A stretch of DNA of 64,000 bases, taken from assembly GCA_013239625.1 (NCBI GenBank), contig MU054194.1, positions 122,120 through 186,119 of the forward strand, in the 5' to 3' direction. The notes under the pieces are model-generated. The model worked only from the letters and a program-made list of their open reading frames with translations, did not search any database and was not told where the DNA came from. Numbering within the stretch: position 1 is the first letter of the stretch; each line of letters opens with the position of its first letter. The stretch comes from Lama guanicoe (Eukaryota). Positions 24,135-38,346 of this stretch are shown here, one piece after another. A program made the translations under genes and the position numbers.

Positions 24135-24385
24135 GTACATTCTGTGTGACGTCAACCCTCCAGAAGGCTTCAGCCTCCGTAGGGCCGTGTGTATCCACAT
24201 CGCCTTCCTCCTGAAGACCCTGCTGAAAATGGAGGAGTCGGTGCTGGTGCTACCCCCTTGGGGCTGCCTCTACCATTGGCAGAGCCTGGACATCCACCAG
24301 GTCCGGATTCCCTGGTCTGAGTTTTTTGATGTCTCAAGTCTCAACAGAAACATCCCTGACACTGAGTACGAACAGTTCATTGCAG
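24135..24385 (+). pseudogene. POFUT2: POFUT2 exon 2 (251 bp)
   Basis: [65 protein letters not shown]...EYEQFIA. CCAG| acceptor and |GTGAG donor. Substitutions at conserved positions (EGFN>EGFS, RRDV>RRAV, WGR>WGC). No exon 3 found. Confidence 0.93.
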
Positions 24386-24854
24386 GTGAGATGGTGATCG
24401 TTTAACTGGGGCCAGACGGTTGTTGTTCTGGTTCCGGTGTGAACATCGGGCTGTCTTGCTTCGGGCTTGTCGGTCTACTTAGGGGCCCTGCTCATGTTTC
24501 CCGCACTGCAGGTGAATTTGGTCTTTCCATAGTTTTTCTCAGGAAATACATCTGAAGTGTATGAGCTGTGTGTTCCCTCCCCTCTGAAAACCCTGGCCTC
24601 CTGGTGAGATGGAGCGGTGACAAGGAGGCCACTGCCACAGAGGCCTTGTCCCAGCAGGACTCGCTCCCAGGGCAATAAGGGCCATTCTTAACGTGAAGGA
24701 AAACACGATGTGTGTGTAGAATGGGCCACGTGCTGGAGAAGGTATGTAACCTCTCATTCAGTATAATTTGGTCATGCTCAAGCTTCCCATTTTACTTTTT
24801 GTAAGAGGTAAGTGTTGAAGATTTTCTTTGAATAAAGGTATTTAGAGCTTATAT

Positions 24855-26450
24855 TTTTTTAATTGAAATGTGGTTGATTTACAATGTTTTGTTAGTTTCA
24901 GACATACAGCTGTTTTGTTAGTTTCAGGTATACAGCATAGTGATTCAGTTGTACGTATACATAGTCTTTTCTTTTTCAGGTTCTTTTCCATTATAGGTTG
25001 CAAGATACTGAATATTTTCCCCTGTGTTCTACAGTGAATCCTTGTTGTTTGTCTGTTTTACATATAGTAGTTTGTAATTGTTAATCCCAAACTCCTGTTT
25101 GTTTTCTAAGTCTGTGAGTCTGTTTTTGTTTTATAAATAAGTTCATTTGTATCATTTCTGAAAATTCCACATATAAGTGATATCATATGATACTTGTCTT
25201 TCTCTGTCTGAGTTATTTCACTTTAGTGTGATAATCTCCATGTCCACCCATGTTGCTGTAAATGGCATTATTTCCTTCTTTGTTACGACTGAGTAATATT
25301 CTTTTATATCTAAATACTGCATCTTTATCCAGTCATCTGTCAGTGGGCGTTTAGTTTGCTTCTATGTCTTGGCCATTGTAAACAATGCTGCTGTGAACTT
25401 TGGGTTGCAGATATCTTTTGGAATTAAGGTTCCTTCTGGATATATGCCCAGGAGTGGGATTGCTGGATCAAATGATAAGTCTTTTTTTGTCTTTTGAGGA
25501 ATCTCCATACTGTTTTCCACAGTGGCTGCACCAAACTACATTCCCACCAAAAATGTAGGAGGGTTCCCTTTTCTCCACAGGCCTCTCCAGCATTTATGGT
25601 TGGTAGATTTTTGAATGGTGGCCATTCTGACTGGTGGGAGATGATAACTTATTGTAGCTTTGATTAGCATTTCTCTGATAATTAGCAATATTGAGCCTTT
25701 TTTTCATATGTCAATTGGCCATTTGTATATCTTCATTGGAGAATTGCTTGTTTAGTTGTTCTTCCCATTTTTGGATTGGGTTGTTTATTTTTTTTTCTTA
25801 TTAAGTTGTATGAACTATTTATATAGTCTAGAAGTTAAGCCATGTTCAGTCTCATCTTTTGCAAATATTTTCTCCCATTCCATAGGTTGTCCTTTTGTTT
25901 TGCTTATGGTTTCTATTGCTGTGAAAAAGCTGATAGGTTTAATTAGGTCCCATTTGTTTATTTTGGCTTTTATTTCTGTTGCTTGGGTGGATTGCCCTAG
26001 GAAAACATTGCTGAGATGTATGTCAATGTTTTGCCTATGTTTCCTTCTGAGAGGTTTATAGCATCTTGTCTAATGCTTAAGTCTTTAAGCCATTTTGTGT
26101 TTGTTTCTTTTTGCGTTTTTTTTTGTGACTCTATTGTATGCTTTTGATTTGTGGTTACCTTATTTTTCAAGTATATCAACCCATCACTATATCTATTTCC
26201 TTTAGAATGATAATCACGTAGGCTCCAACACATCCTAAGAATAATGAGAAAAAAAAAGAAAGAGAAAATATCTATCTTTTCTTGCTACCGTCTCCCATTC
26301 CCACCTTTTTGTATTTTGATGTACTTTTTCTTTTTTTACATCTTCATGTTTATTCCCTTGTAATTCGTTATTTCATTTCCAACTATGGTTTTCCCGTTTC
26401 TATAGCATCCTGCTTCCTTTCTGTTTAGAGTAGAGCTTTTTAATGTCTCT
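24855..26450 (-). mobile_element. L1 remnant: 3' UTR and ORF2 C-terminus joined to an inter-ORF spacer/ORF1 end
   Basis: Similar to 33950-35200, then jumps near 26100 to sequence similar to 38050-38380. Confidence 0.85.
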
Positions 26451-29400
26451 GTTTGGTTCAATAATGCTGAATTATCTCCCCACCCCCTCCCCCCTGCGCC
26501 TCTGAATCCTCAGTCCAGGGAAGCCAAACCATCCTAGCCTTCATCGGTTCTGGGAAAGCAATCTTCAGAGTGGGAAAAAAAAACTTTGAAAAATAATATT
26601 CTGTGTTGCTTTCTACCCTTGCCCGGAGAGTGAGAATCACCTCTGAAGGCGGAGGAAGAAAGTTGGAAGTGCGGGGCACAAAGTCTTTTCTCCTTTTGCT
26701 ACTGAAAAAATGATTGCTTTTGTAATAAGCGATGATGTAAATTGGTGAGATCGAGATTCCACAGCTTCAGCGCCTGTGAATAACCAGCCGGGAGAAAGCT
26801 CTCCAGGGCCCCTGCAGTGGGAAAGGCAGCCCCTCTGAGCACCTGTTGTTCTTTATTCTTCCTGCCTCCACACAGGTTCGCTAGGCACCGTGAAGGACGA
26901 TGCAGCTACCTGAGGTGGAGGACGGGGAGACCCCTGCTGTGTGGCGAGCCACGGTAGCCCACACTTGAAGGACAAAGTGAAGAGTAGTGGGGTGGGCGTA
27001 GAAACAGAGGATGGTTGAGACCCAGGATAGTGTCCTGGAGTCCAGCAGGTGAGGCGGGCAGGGCAGATGGGGCCCTGGGACATGGGCAGTCCTTGAGGGA
27101 TCTGAAGCAAAGATATGAACCAAGAGACTGGATTCGTGTGGGGGTACAGCACCCCCTGGAGGCCGCGGGGCAGTGCAGCGAGCCTGGGAGGAGGGGGCAC
27201 TTCCCCAAAGTTGGGTTGACAGGTCACAACCAACTCACTGGGAACCGAGAGGTACCGAGATATTGTTAACATTTTGTCCCTCTTCCTGGAAAAGAAACTG
27301 CTTCTTGTTGAATAGCCTGTGTCATTAGTGAGAATTAAAGACATGAAGCAACATTTCCTCAAAAGTCATCCATTGTGTAGTTGTTAATAAGGGTCAAATG
27401 CAAACTTGAATAGATTAAATCAAACATTCTTCATAGGATTTTAGAATTCTTTAAAATAAAAATTCTTGCTGTCTTTGTTCTTCATTTCAGGGTTCACTTG
27501 GTGATAATAATAGTAACCAAAGCAATAGCAAACCCTACAGAACTCTGTCCTGCTGTTCCAGGAACGCTGTGTTCACTACAACCCAGTGAGGTGGCACTTT
27601 ACAGGAAGGACAGTCATTAATCACACAGCTAGTAAATGGCAGAGCTGGGACTTGAACCCAAGCTGTCTGGCCCCAGAGCCCCCTCTCAGCGCCTGCACTA
27701 CAGCTCATCACTTGGCACGCCTGACACAGGCCAGCATTAAGGAGCAGCATGACCTTCGCCAAGGCTGCTTCACCGCTTGGTCTCTGTTTCTTCATCTGTA
27801 GAATGTGGGTGTGGGCAGTGAACTCTATGAGCTCAGTGGTCACTTCCTCCAGCTCTGCTATTCTACTGCTTTGAGTTAATTTAGTAAGTATCCGAGCCCC
27901 TAGATGACCCACACATGGGCTGGCACTTTGTTAGGTCCTGGGTTACGGAGAAAAGAAAGATCAGCCTGCTTCTCCAAGGAGCCTGTGTCCATCCACGGCA
28001 AACAGCTGTGAGGCCCAGGCTCCCAAGCTGGCAGTCGGGGGCTGGGCAGGAAAGTCTGATAGAAGATGGAGGCAGAAACCCTCCGGGAACTTTGGTGGCC
28101 ACACAGCTCTCAGGAGCGGGAGAGTCTGTCCTGGCTGCTGAGAGGGGAGTCCTCATGAGGCCAGTAGTCCCCCCAACCTAAGCCCTCAGGACAAAGATCC
28201 AGCCATCCCTGCAGTGTCACCATAGAGCCAGTCCATCCTCATCACTGTGCCTCTGTGCTCCTTTGTCCTGGGGCCTCTCTTCCCCCTACACCCAGAAGAC
28301 TCTTCTCCCTCTCTTCTCTGAGTGTCCCCTCACTTCACCCGTGGTCCCTGCTTCCTGGGCAACCATCTCTGGAGTTGACACTTTGCCCCCTCACACCCCC
28401 GTTTGATCAGGAGCCTGGGTTGGCCCCCTTGTGCTCACTTTCCCCCTTTAGATGATTGCTCCTCCTCTCTTGGGAGCACCTGGAAAACCCAGATCCATTC
28501 CTAGTAGTGCCTGCCACCCTGGCCTCCCTGCTTATCTGCCTCAGTCAGGAGCATCTGGACCACCAGCTCTGTATTGCCTCACCTCCTACCATCAAGACGT
28601 CAAAGTTCATTCTCCCTCCACCACCCAGTATGGTCATTTTAGGGTCTTCTTCTCCGTCAGCCTGAGCCAGCCACCCCCCATTCACCCTACCCCTGGGCTC
28701 ATACCCAGGCGTGTCTCCACCCCAGGTCCAACCTCTCTCCTTTAAGTGCCCAACTCTAGCCGTCCAGCTGCTTCTCCACCAACCTCTCTGGCCCTCCTTC
28801 ACCCTCACTGGGGCATCAAGTGCTGACTCCTCTGCTTTCCTGCCTGTCCACGTTCCTCTTACTTCCACTTCCCCATCTTCCAGCTCTGCATCCACAGTCA
28901 GCACTCTCTTTATGACAAACAAAACCCCCTTGACCCTTGATCTTTTCATTTCCTCACCAGGACAACTTCCATCTTGGTTCACCCAGCTCTATTTGTTCTG
29001 AGCCTGCAGGCAGCAGGCTCTCCCAGCACAGATTTCTAAGACTACAAATCAATGCCCACCATGTTGCCACTGCCAGGCAATCCTCCAGGATTTCTCTAGT
29101 GAGCATATTTCCCCACTTATCACTCAGTGACGTCAACATTCTCTGCTCTCTGCACACCTCTAAGCTTCCCTCTGTCTCTTCCCTGACTCCCAGCAGATGG
29201 CCTTGCCTCCTGCTTCAGAGAGAATGACATGTTACTGGAAAGGAACTCACTCACTTGCAGCAAATCTGCTCACCTCGCCTTTTATCTGTCCCTCTCCCAC
29301 CTGGACTCTAGCTGTACTTGTTCTTAATTTAGTGACTTTAGCTGACATACATATACACAATTAAAAGCATAGCACACTATGGCAACCTTCTAAGGCTTAC

Positions 29401-32389
29401 TTTTTCAATTTAACATAGAGTGTATGATTCATCCATTTCGTTGCATGTACCTGCAGTTCATTTGTTTTAACTGATCTTAAATGTTGTGTATGTGAAAGTA
29501 ACACAAGTCAAGGGTAAGCCAGGAATCAGGATGCTGGTTACTTCCTGTGAGAAGAGGCCAAGAGCAGGATAGGACACAGTATGTCACTGTCAATAGTCCT
29601 GTTCTGATGCTGGGTGATAGTTTCACAACTGTTTCTTATAATAATAATTTTAATACATAAATACCTCTGACAGGCACCTAAGGTGAGAATGTGTCATGAA
29701 CCAAGACATACAATGGGTAATATTACATCATTATTGTTATGTAATCTTGTTATAAAATATATTAATCATAATCCTACATTGTTATGTGTTATATATTTTA
29801 TAGATGCATGAATTATATATTATGTATATAAATACCTACATATGTATTATATACTATCTGATAATAAACAGAGCATAATATGCTAGTATATCTACTAGTA
29901 TGTATTATTTAATAAATAATAACATTCTATATCCTGTTATATGACATGGCACATAATCTTTAATCAAAAAAAAGTCACTATATGTAATGGTAATTAATAA
30001 AATTAAATAAAAAAGCCCACAGCTTTTAACACCGACACCGCTCCAGTGTCACTGTCTTTTCTCTTCCCTTTCGTGGCCGAGGTCCTCACAGTGCTATCCG
30101 TTCCCCCTTTCATCTCCTTATCCTGAACCTTCCTCCTCCTCCCTTCCCATGCTGCCTTCTGCCCCGTGGTCCCTCTAGTCACCAGCGGCCTCTGGGGCGC
30201 TGATTTGCAGGGACAGTCTCAGGCCCCAGCTCACCTGCCTGTCCGCCGCCTCTGCCACCGCTGGTGGGGGCGGGGCGGGGGCAGAGGGCACCTCTTGTCC
30301 TGGAAGAGAACACAGCACAGACTCAGTGACCAGCAGCAGGTGTGGCCGGGACCTGCAGGACTTGGGGGAGAGCCAGGCTGTCTGCATCCAGACCGGGGGC
30401 ACTTGGAGTGTGAAGAAGCCCAGTCCTCACTTCACTACCCCGAAGTGAGGAAAACACCCTCAGGTGGGTTAAAGTGCTTATGACCTAGGTCTGTTGGCTG
30501 GAAAGGACAAACGGGCCCCTAAGGGGAGGGTAGTTGATGTTCCAGACCCCACCAAGGCCCTAAAGGCTGGCGGGGAACCAGGCTGGAAGCTCCACTGGAC
30601 CCAGTGCCCCCTAGGGGGTGGGGCCTTCGGGAACAAGCAGAAAGCCCTCGGTCTCTGGGGGGAACGGAGCAGTGTGGGAGCATCCCTGCAGCGAGTCAAG
30701 TGACGTCAGGGCCTGTGGGATCCGTTTGTATGGCCACATCGAGCCTCAGCAGAAGCCACAGCAGGAGTGGATTCCTGTCTCTCCAGCTGTCGTCGTGTCT
30801 GAGTGCCAGGCTTCAGACCCGATCCCCTGGGGCGCCAGGACAGTTATAGACAGAGGCGGCTCGGGGAGGCCTCAAGAGGGCGGTACTGGCCTTCCTGCCA
30901 ACACGATTACACAAAGATCAAACAATCCATCGATGAGAAGAAAATAAGAACCATGGTCACATCTGGACCCCAAGCTTAGACGTGATGTATGGATGACATT
31001 TATCAACAATCCAGCGAGGTTCTGGCCAGAGCTAGAGGCCAGGGCAGCAAGCCGGGAGTGGCACTAAGGAGCATCGTGGTGCAGAGGTTGGACTGGGGGT
31101 CTGCAGGCTCCTCCCAGGAGGAGCCTCAGTGTTTGGGAGGTGGCTAACATGCCTCCTTCTTGTCACCAGCAAGATGCCACCTGTGGAAAATCAGCTGTAA
31201 TCCCGAGCCAGGTCAGCCCTGGGTGATGTGATAAAGGCACCTACAAGAGGGGGCGCCAGACGGATAGTGAGCCAACCAACAGGCTGATGAGTTTCTGGCC
31301 TGTGTTTATCATGCTTTCGTAGCCAAGAATGAGGAGAGAGTTGAATGGCTCACCATGAAGATTTTAACAACTTAAGAGGGTTCCATGTCTCACTGCATTT
31401 CAGTGTCACCCAGAGGAATTCAGGAGGTGTTTAGACCCAGTGGAGACTAACGGCCTCTTGGTTCCTCATCAACCTGACAAACCCACCAGCCCTCTATGGC
31501 CAGACCTTGGCAAGTGCCTTCCCTTGTTCTAACAAAACCCTTTCTACCCACGCCTGTGGTAAGCTTTTAGTTTTTTTTAATTAATGGAAATGAAGATACC
31601 TTACAGCCTCCTCAGAACTTTCCTTAAGGATTCTGCCCTTAGACCCTGGCAAGGGGGCCCGCTGCCATGGGTCCTGTACTACAGAGGGTCCCTCTGGCCC
31701 TGACACTTCCTCTGGCCACTCCCTCCATGGGGTGGAGTCAGCAGGGCCAAGGGGACACGGTCATTGGCTCCATCTCGTGCTCTAGAAAACCAGGACCCCA
31801 AATGCCCTGCCTCAGCAGCCCCTGACCCATTTCTAGTGCCTGCACTGGCTCTCCCCGGAGTTCAGATTCCCAGGACTCACAGAGAGGCCAAAGGGCAGCT
31901 GTTTGCATGGAGGGTATGAGCAGAGCCCGGACGTGAAGTCTGAGTGTCCCCCTGTGCACATCCAAGGCCACTTGTGGCAAGGGATGGACCCAGCATTGGG
32001 AAGAAAAGGGTCAGGCTAGTGATCAGAGACTGGGAATCAGCTCTCCCCCCACGCTCACTTTCTTTGCCGGACTCCCCTGTGTCTGGGAATTCTAAATTTG
32101 AACCTGGCCTCCCCTCTTTTAATGAATGTATATTTGTAAAGGCAGGAGTTTAGAACCTACTGCACTTAACATGTTTACATGTATAGGATGTGAGCTCCCA
32201 GGTATGCTCTGGCCCTGCACTTCCAAAGGTCCAGAGCAGTTATGTTGGCTCTACTGAGACTGTAAGTGGTAAAGACCATCTCCAGAGAGGAGGGGATCCT
32301 GCTTCACGCTCCAAAGTCAGGATTTTCTGAGTGGATGAAACAATGGACACTGTGACCCTCAACTGTAAATTGATTTAGAATAACGCCAA

Positions 32390-32660
32390 AGTGTGTATGA
32401 CATGTGTGTGTGCACACGCGCACCTGGGGACGTGTGTGGTACATGACTGTGACTGTGTGTGTGTGTGTGTGTGTGTGCGTGCACGCGCGCCTGGGGATGT
32501 ATGTGGTTCTGTATGTTATGTGTGTGTGTGCGCCTGAGGACGTGTGTGGTTGTGTGTATGGTGTGTGTGTGTGGTACATGACTCCATGTGTGTGTGCGCA
32601 TGGGGATGTATGTGGAGCAGAGCCAGTATGTCTGCACGTGTGTTTGTGTGTACGTGCATG
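32390..32660. repeat. Imperfect (TG)n-rich simple repeat
   Basis: Runs of TG with a repeated GGACGTGTGTGG / GTACATGACT subunit. Confidence 0.85.
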
Positions 32661-34272
32661 CATTAGTTTTAATAGTAGAAGCTGTCCTTTAGAATTATGA
32701 AGTAGTAAAAATTGTATGATGTCCTTTGCTGTATAATTCAAAATTAAAATAATCTTCAATCACCAGAAATTTAGTCCCCCTCAGATTCTGATTTTTTTTT
32801 CCATATTGATTATGTCTTCATTTTACTGATGAGGAAACTGTAGCTTAGAGATGTTAACTGACTCAACCAAGGGCATGAAGCTCACGAGCCCAGGACCAGG
32901 ACGCAGTCCAAGCCGCGCTGCTCCAGAGGCCTGGAGCCCTGCTCATGATCACGCGTGGCCTCTTGGCGGGGAAACAGATTCTGATTGGCTGTGGCCAGCA
33001 TGCAGGCTGCCGAAGCTGGGGACTCGGGAAGCCGGGCGGAGAGTACCAGACAGCAGACAAGAGTCAGATAGGTTCCTGGGTCTTGGATGAGGAAGGAGGC
33101 TCATTGTTCATCCTTGATCGCTTTGCTGGTGGCTAAAAGGGACAAAGGCCCACGAGAGCACTTCTGGGAGCTGCCTGCCAAAACCTGGAGAAGGACTGCT
33201 CAGGACTGGCTCTGCAGTAGGAGCAGAGGAAGGAAATGCCGCCTCCAGGTGGACATCCTTGGTGATGGCAGTAGGAGGCCTAGCAGCCTTGGTATAGAGG
33301 TGGCAGGACGAGATCCTAGTGGATGATCATTTTCACGTGTCTTAAAAATCATTGCTTCATATATTGTATCCATTTTGTGGTTTATTTTAGGATGGTAAAT
33401 ATGGTCTCTGTTACTCCATATATGCTGGATTGAATTTTTTTATTGTTAATTTTCTCTTCAGTGATTTGGAATCTATATTGCCTCTTAATGAAAATTCTCT
33501 CTAAATTTTTATAAATCATCTCTAAGTTCATAACTTTATATGCAATTGGACCAGTATTCCTAAAAGTGTCACAAAAATGAAATAATCTAATAGATCCTGT
33601 TCCTCATTAATGATAAATTTAGCTTATTTTACCTCTCTGCTGTTCCAGATTGTGTGTGTGTGTGTGTGTCTGTGTGTGTTTGTGTGCTCCATTTACTACT
33701 TTTGAGACAGTTGCTTTAAGTTTGTTATATTAACAAAGAAAATGTAGGTATAAACATCTTGGATTACATTGCTCACTACCACTATTTAATCCCATGTCTT
33801 TCCCACTTTTCAGTTATTTACTTGTCGGGATATCTCAATCAACTGGACACATGATTGACTAATTTTTTTCGAGAAGGGAACTTGGAACACTTACATATCT
33901 ATATGCAGATTTATGTTCTCCTCATCAACAACTCTCAGCGGGTTGTTTTTTTTTACATTTTTTATTGATTTATAATCATTTTACAATGTTGTGTCAAATT
34001 ACAGTGTTCAGCACAATTTTCAGTCATTCATGGACATATACACACTCATTGTCACATTTTTCTTCTCTGCGATTTATCATAATATTTTGTGAATACTTCC
34101 CTGTGCTATACAGTGAAATCTTGTTTATCTGATCTACAATTCTGAAATCCCAGTCTATCCTTTCCCACCCTACACCCCCCTGGTAACCACAAACCTGTAT
34201 TCTCTGTCCATGACTCTATTTCTGTCCTGTATTTATGCTTTGCTTTTGTTTGTTTGTTTTTGTTTTTGTTTT

Positions 34273-37200
34273 TTAGATTTCACATATGAGCAATCTCATA
34301 TGGTATTTTTCTTTCTCTTTCTGGCTTACTTCACTTAGAATGACATTCTCTAGGAGCATCCATGTTGCTGTAAATGGCATTATGTCGTCGGTTTTTATGG
34401 CTGAGAAGTATTCCATTGTATAAATATACCAATTCTTCTTTATCCAGTCACCTCTTGATGGACATTTAGGCTGTTTCCATGTTTTGGCTATTGTAAATAG
34501 TGCTCCTATGAACATTGGGGTGCAGGTGTCATCCTGAAGTAGGGTTCCTTAGGGATACAAGCCCAGGAGTGGGATTCCTGGGTCATATGGTAAGTCTATT
34601 CCCAGTCTTTTGAGGAATCTCCACACTGTTTTCCATAGTGTCTGCACCAAACTGCATTCCCACCAGCAGTGCAGGAGGGTTCCCCTTTCTCCACAGCCTC
34701 TCCAGCATTTGTCATTTGTGGATTTTTGAAAGATGGCCATTCTGACTAGTGTGAGGTGATAGTTCATTGTAGTTTTGATTTGTATTTCTCTGATAATTAG
34801 TGATATTGAGCATTTTTTCATGTGCTTTATGATCATTTGTATGTCTTCCTTGGAGAATTGCTTGTTTAGGTCTTCTGCCAAATTTTGGATTGGGTTGTTT
34901 ACTATTTTCTTATTGAGTCACATGAGCTGCTTATATATTCTGGACATCAAGCCTTTGTCGGTTTCACTTGCAAAAATTTTCTCCCATTCCGTAGGTTTTC
35001 TTCTTGTTTTACTACTTGTTTCCTTTGCTCTGCAGAAGCTTGTAAGTTTCATTAGGTCCCATTTGTTTATTCTTGCTTTTATTTCTTCTAGGAGAAAATT
35101 TTTGAAATGTATGTCAGATAATGTTTTGCCTATGTTTTCCTCTAGGAGGTTTATTGTATCTTGTCTTATGTTTAAGTCTTTAATCCATTTTGAGTTGATT
35201 TTTGTATATGGTGTAAGGGTGTGTTCTAGCTTCATTGTTTTACATGCTGCTGTCCAGTTTTCCCAACACCATTTGCTGAAGAGACTGTCTTTATTCCATT
35301 GTATATTCTTGCCTCCTTTGTCGAAGATGAGTTGACCAAAAGTTTGTGGGTTCATTTCTGGGCTCTCTATTCTGTTCCATTGGTCTATATGTCTGTTTTG
35401 GTGCCAATACCATGCTGTCTTGATGACTGTAGCTCTATAGTATTGTCTGAAGTCAGGGAGGGTTATTCTTCCAGCCTCTTTCTTTCACTTCAGTAATGCT
35501 TTGGCAATTCTAGTTCTTTGATGGTTCCATATAAATTGTATTATGATTTGTTCTAGTTCTGTGAAATATGTCCTGGGTAATTGGATAGGGATTGCGTTAA
35601 ATCTGTAGATTGCCTTGGGCAGTGTGACCATTTTAACAATATTGAGTCTTCCAATCCAGGAGCATGAAATGTCTTTACATTTTTTAAAGTCTTCTTTAAT
35701 TTCCTTCACCAATGGTTTATAGATTTCTGTGTATAATTCTTTCCCCTCCTTGGTTAGATTTATTCCCAGACATTTTATTACTTTGTGTGCTATTTTAAAG
35801 GGGATTGTTTCTTTACTTTCTTTTTTCTGTTAATTTATCATTAGTGTAAAGAAATGCAAGTGATTTTTGAACGTTAATTTTGTAACATGCTACCTTGCTG
35901 AATTCTTCAATCAGCTCCAGTAGCTTTTGTGTGGACCTTTATGGTTTTCTATATATAGTAACATGTCATCAGCATATAATGACACTTTTACCTCTTCTTT
36001 TCAAATTTGGATCCCTTTTATTTCTTTCTCTTGCCTGACTGCTGTGGGTAGGATTTCCAGTACTATGTTGAATAGGAGTGGTGATAGTGGGCATCCTTGT
36101 CTTGTCCCAGATATGGGAAGCTTTGAGTTTTTCACCATTGAGTACTATGCTGGCTGTAGGTTTGTCATATGTAGCATTTATTATGTTGAGATATGTTCCC
36201 TCTATACCCACTTTGGCAAGTGTTTTTATCATAAATGAATGTTGAATTTTATCAAATGATTTTTCTGCATAGATTGAGATGATCATGTGGTTTTTGTCCT
36301 TTGTCTTGTAGATGTGATGTATTACAATGATTGATTTGCGTATGTTGAACCAGCCTTGTGTCCCTGGGATGAATCCCTCTTGGTCATGATGTATAATCAT
36401 TTCTATGTGTTGTTGGATTCTATTTGCTAAAATTTTGGTGAGGATTTTGGCGTCTATGTTCATCAGTGATATTGGCCTATAATTCTCTTTTTTTGTAGTG
36501 TCTTTGCCTGGTTTTGCTATCAGGGTGATGGTGGCTTCATAGAATGTGTTTGGGAGTATTCCCTCCTTTTCAATCGTCTGGAAGAGTTTGAGAAGGACTG
36601 GTATGAGTTCTTCTTTGTATGTTTGGTAGAATTCCCCTGTGAAGCCATCCGGTCCTGGACTTTTATTTGTAGGCAGGTTTTAATTGCTATTTCTATTTCC
36701 TTTCTAGTCATTGGATTGTTCAAGTGTTCAGTTTCTTCTTGATTCAGTTTTGGTGAACAGTATGTTTTCAGAAACTTGTCCATCTCCTCTAGGATATCCA
36801 GTTTGGTTCCATATAGTTTTTCATAATATTCTCGTGTGATATTCTGTATTTCTATTTTGTTTGTTGTAATTTCTCCATTATCCTTTCTTATTTTACTAAT
36901 TTGTGCTCTCTCTTTTTTCTTCTTTGTGAGTTTGGCCAGAGGTTTGTCAATTTTATTTACTTTTTCAAAAAACAAGCTTTCGGTTTGGTTGATTTTTTTC
37001 TATGGTCTTGTTAATCTCTATTGTATTTAGTTCCTCTCTGATCTTTATTATTTCCTTCCTTCTCCTGCTTTTTGGGGTTTTTGTTCTTGTTTTCCAATTC
37101 ATTCAGGTGGTGGGTTAACTTGTTTATTAGAGATTTTTCTTCTTTTTTGAGGAAGGCCTGTATCGCTATAAACTTCCCTCCTAGCACTGCCTTTTCTGTG

Positions 37201-37944
37201 TCCCATATGTTTTGAGTGGTTGTGCTTTCATTATCATTTGTCTCAAGGTATTTTTTAATTTCAGCTTTGATTTCCTCATTGATCCATTGTTTTTTCAATA
37301 ACATATTATTTAATCTCCATGCTTTCCTTTTTTTCTCCTTTGTTTCTCTGTTGTTGATTTCCAGTTTCATGGCATTGTGGTCAGTAAAGATGCTTGAGAT
37401 AATTTCTATCTTCTTAAAATTGTTGAGGTTTCTTTTGTGCCCAAGTACATGATCGATCCTGGAAAATGATCCATGTGCACTTGAAAAGAATGTATATCCT
37501 ATTTTATGTTAAAATCTCCAACTATGATTGTATTCCCATCAGTATCCCCCTTTATCTCTGTTAGTAATTCTTGTATGTACTTAGGTGCTCCTATATTGGG
37601 TGCATATATATTAACGTGTGTAATATCTTCATCTTTTATCACTCCTTTAATCATTATAAAATGTCCTTCTTTATCTTTCTTTACGGCCTTTGTTTTAAAG
37701 TCTATTTTGTCTGAAATTAGTACTGCAACACCTGCTTTTTGGCTTTTCCATTTGCATGGAATATCCTTTTCCATCCTTTCACTCTCAATCTATATGTGTC
37801 CTTCTCCCTAAAGTGGGTCTCTTGTATGCAGCATATTGAAGGTTCTTGCTTTTTTATCCATTCTGCCACTCTATGTCTTTTGACTGGAGCGTTTAGTCCA
37901 TTAACCTTTAGAGTAATTAATGATAGATGTATGTTTATTGCCAT
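34273..37944 (-). pseudogene. L1 ORF2p (EN-RT), broken by stops, frameshifts and deletions
   Basis: [76 protein letters not shown]. Confidence 0.93.
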
Positions 37945-38346
37945 TCTGAACTTATCTTTGCAGTTGAATTGATATATCGTTTTGTTCCTTTCTTCTTCCT
38001 TTTGTGGTTTGGTAATTTTCCTTTGTATTATCATGGATTTTATTTAATTTTTGGACTCCCTTGTAAATTTTTGACTTGTGGTTACCGTTTTTTGTAAATC
38101 TATTAACCCATTACTACAACTGTTTTTATTAAACTGATAGTAACATGATCTCTAACCCATCCTACTTTTAAAAAATTTAAAAGGGAAAGAAATCAATATT
38201 CTATATTTCCCTGCCTTCCTCTCCCACTCTCAGTGATTTGTATGTCTTCTTTTATAATTTCGTGTTTTCTTTATTTGTAATTCATGAGTTATCACCTTTC
38301 CAATTGTGAGTTTCTCATTTCTGTAGCATCCTGCTGCTTTTCTATT

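Noticed and set aside
26728..26841. Possible C/D snoRNA (ATGATG...CTGA)
   Set aside because: Imperfect C box, no convincing terminal stem and no recognisable antisense element.
32304..32759. His/Thr- and Cys/Val-rich ORFs
   Set aside because: They are translations of the TG microsatellite.
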